Source of the DNA: Mobula hypostoma
Taxonomy: Eukaryota
Direction of reading: 5' to 3'
Length of the DNA: 64,000 nucleotides
NCBI RefSeq assembly: GCF_963921235.1
Contig: NC_086097.1
Coordinates: forward strand, 14,260,001 to 14,324,000
This document shows, in pieces, positions 63,343-64,000 of the stretch (the first letter of the stretch is position 1; every line of letters begins with the position of its first letter). The notes under the pieces were generated by a model. It worked only from the letters and a program-made list of their open reading frames with translations, was not told the origin of the DNA and ran no database searches. Position numbers and translations under genes: made by a program.

Positions 63343-63979
63343 TGTCCGCCAGAGAAAGCAGGATCTCCCAGTGGCCACACATTTTAATTCCACATCCCAT
63401 TCCCATTCTGACATGTCTATCCACGGCCTCCTCTACTGTAAAGATGAAGCCACACTCAGGTTGGAGGAACAACACCTTATATTCCGTCTGGGCAGCCTCC
63501 AACCTGATGGCATGAACATCGACTTCTCTAACTTCCGCTAGGCCCCACCTCCCCCTCGTACCCCATCTGTTATTTATTAATATACACACATTCTTTTTCT
63601 CTCTCTCTTTTTTCTCCCTCTGTCCCTCTCACTATACCCCTTGCCCATCCTCTGGGTTTCCCCCCCTCCCCCTTTCCTTGTCTCTCTTCCCGGACCTCCT
63701 GTCCCATGATCCTCTCGTATCCCCTTTTGCCAATCACTTGTCCAGCTCTCGGCTCTATCCCTCCCCCTCCTGTCTTCTCCTATCATTTCGGATTTCCCCC
63801 TCCCCCTCCCACTTTCAAATCTCTTACCAGCTCTTCCTTCAGTTAGTCCTGACGAAGGGTCTCGGCCCGAAACGTCGACTGTACCTCTTCCTATAGATGC
63901 TGCCTGGCCTGCTGCGTTCACCAGCAACTTTGATGTGTGTTGCTTGAATTTCCAGCATCTGCAGAATTCCTCGTGTTTG
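63343..63979 (+). mobile_element. Young Penelope-like 3' fragment (same family as 53791-55866)
   Basis: 15-bp TSD AGTGAGGTAGTGTTC (63328-63342 / 63980-63994); near identity to the reverse complement of ~53795-54390. Confidence 0.93.
63845..63880 (+). ncRNA. Minimal type I hammerhead ribozyme motif (intact core)
   Basis: AGUC-CUGACGA-A-GGGUC UC GGCCC-GAAA-C-GUC-GACU. Confidence 0.85.
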
Positions 63980-64000
63980 AGTGAGGTAGTGTTCATGGGT

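Noticed and set aside
1..64000. Prokaryotic-style system (retron, DGR, defence island) suggested by many RT and nuclease fragments
   Set aside because: All RT and nuclease pieces match eukaryotic non-LTR or Penelope clades, are fragmented and nested, and show no operon structure.

Overview
Eukaryotic, repeat-saturated intronic or intergenic DNA. The mix of CR1 LINEs, V-SINEs and Deu-domain SINEs suggests a cartilaginous fish, probably a ray (inference). I can support no host protein-coding gene: every recognisable ORF is a decayed transposon fragment. Contents: a nested R4/Dong-clade relic inserted in a (TAA)n tract; many Rex1/Babar-type and CR1 LINE fragments; Penelope-like elements carrying minimal hammerhead motifs; a full-length but dead DD34E Tc1; hAT relics and MITEs; solo LTRs; several non-autonomous RTE-derived elements; SINEs; a 34-bp minisatellite; and a local duplication. 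The most interesting signals are RNA-structural. (1) A complete HDV-like ribozyme fold with an atypical hairpin in L3 starts at the 5' junction of an RTE-derived element (40508-40704). (2) A TSD-flanked palindromic element is built from two opposed hammerhead arms (62322-62551). (3) An unexplained run of three consecutive 8-bp hairpins lies in unique-looking DNA (59817-59930). Boundaries of old elements are approximate, and family names come from motif recognition, not database searches.
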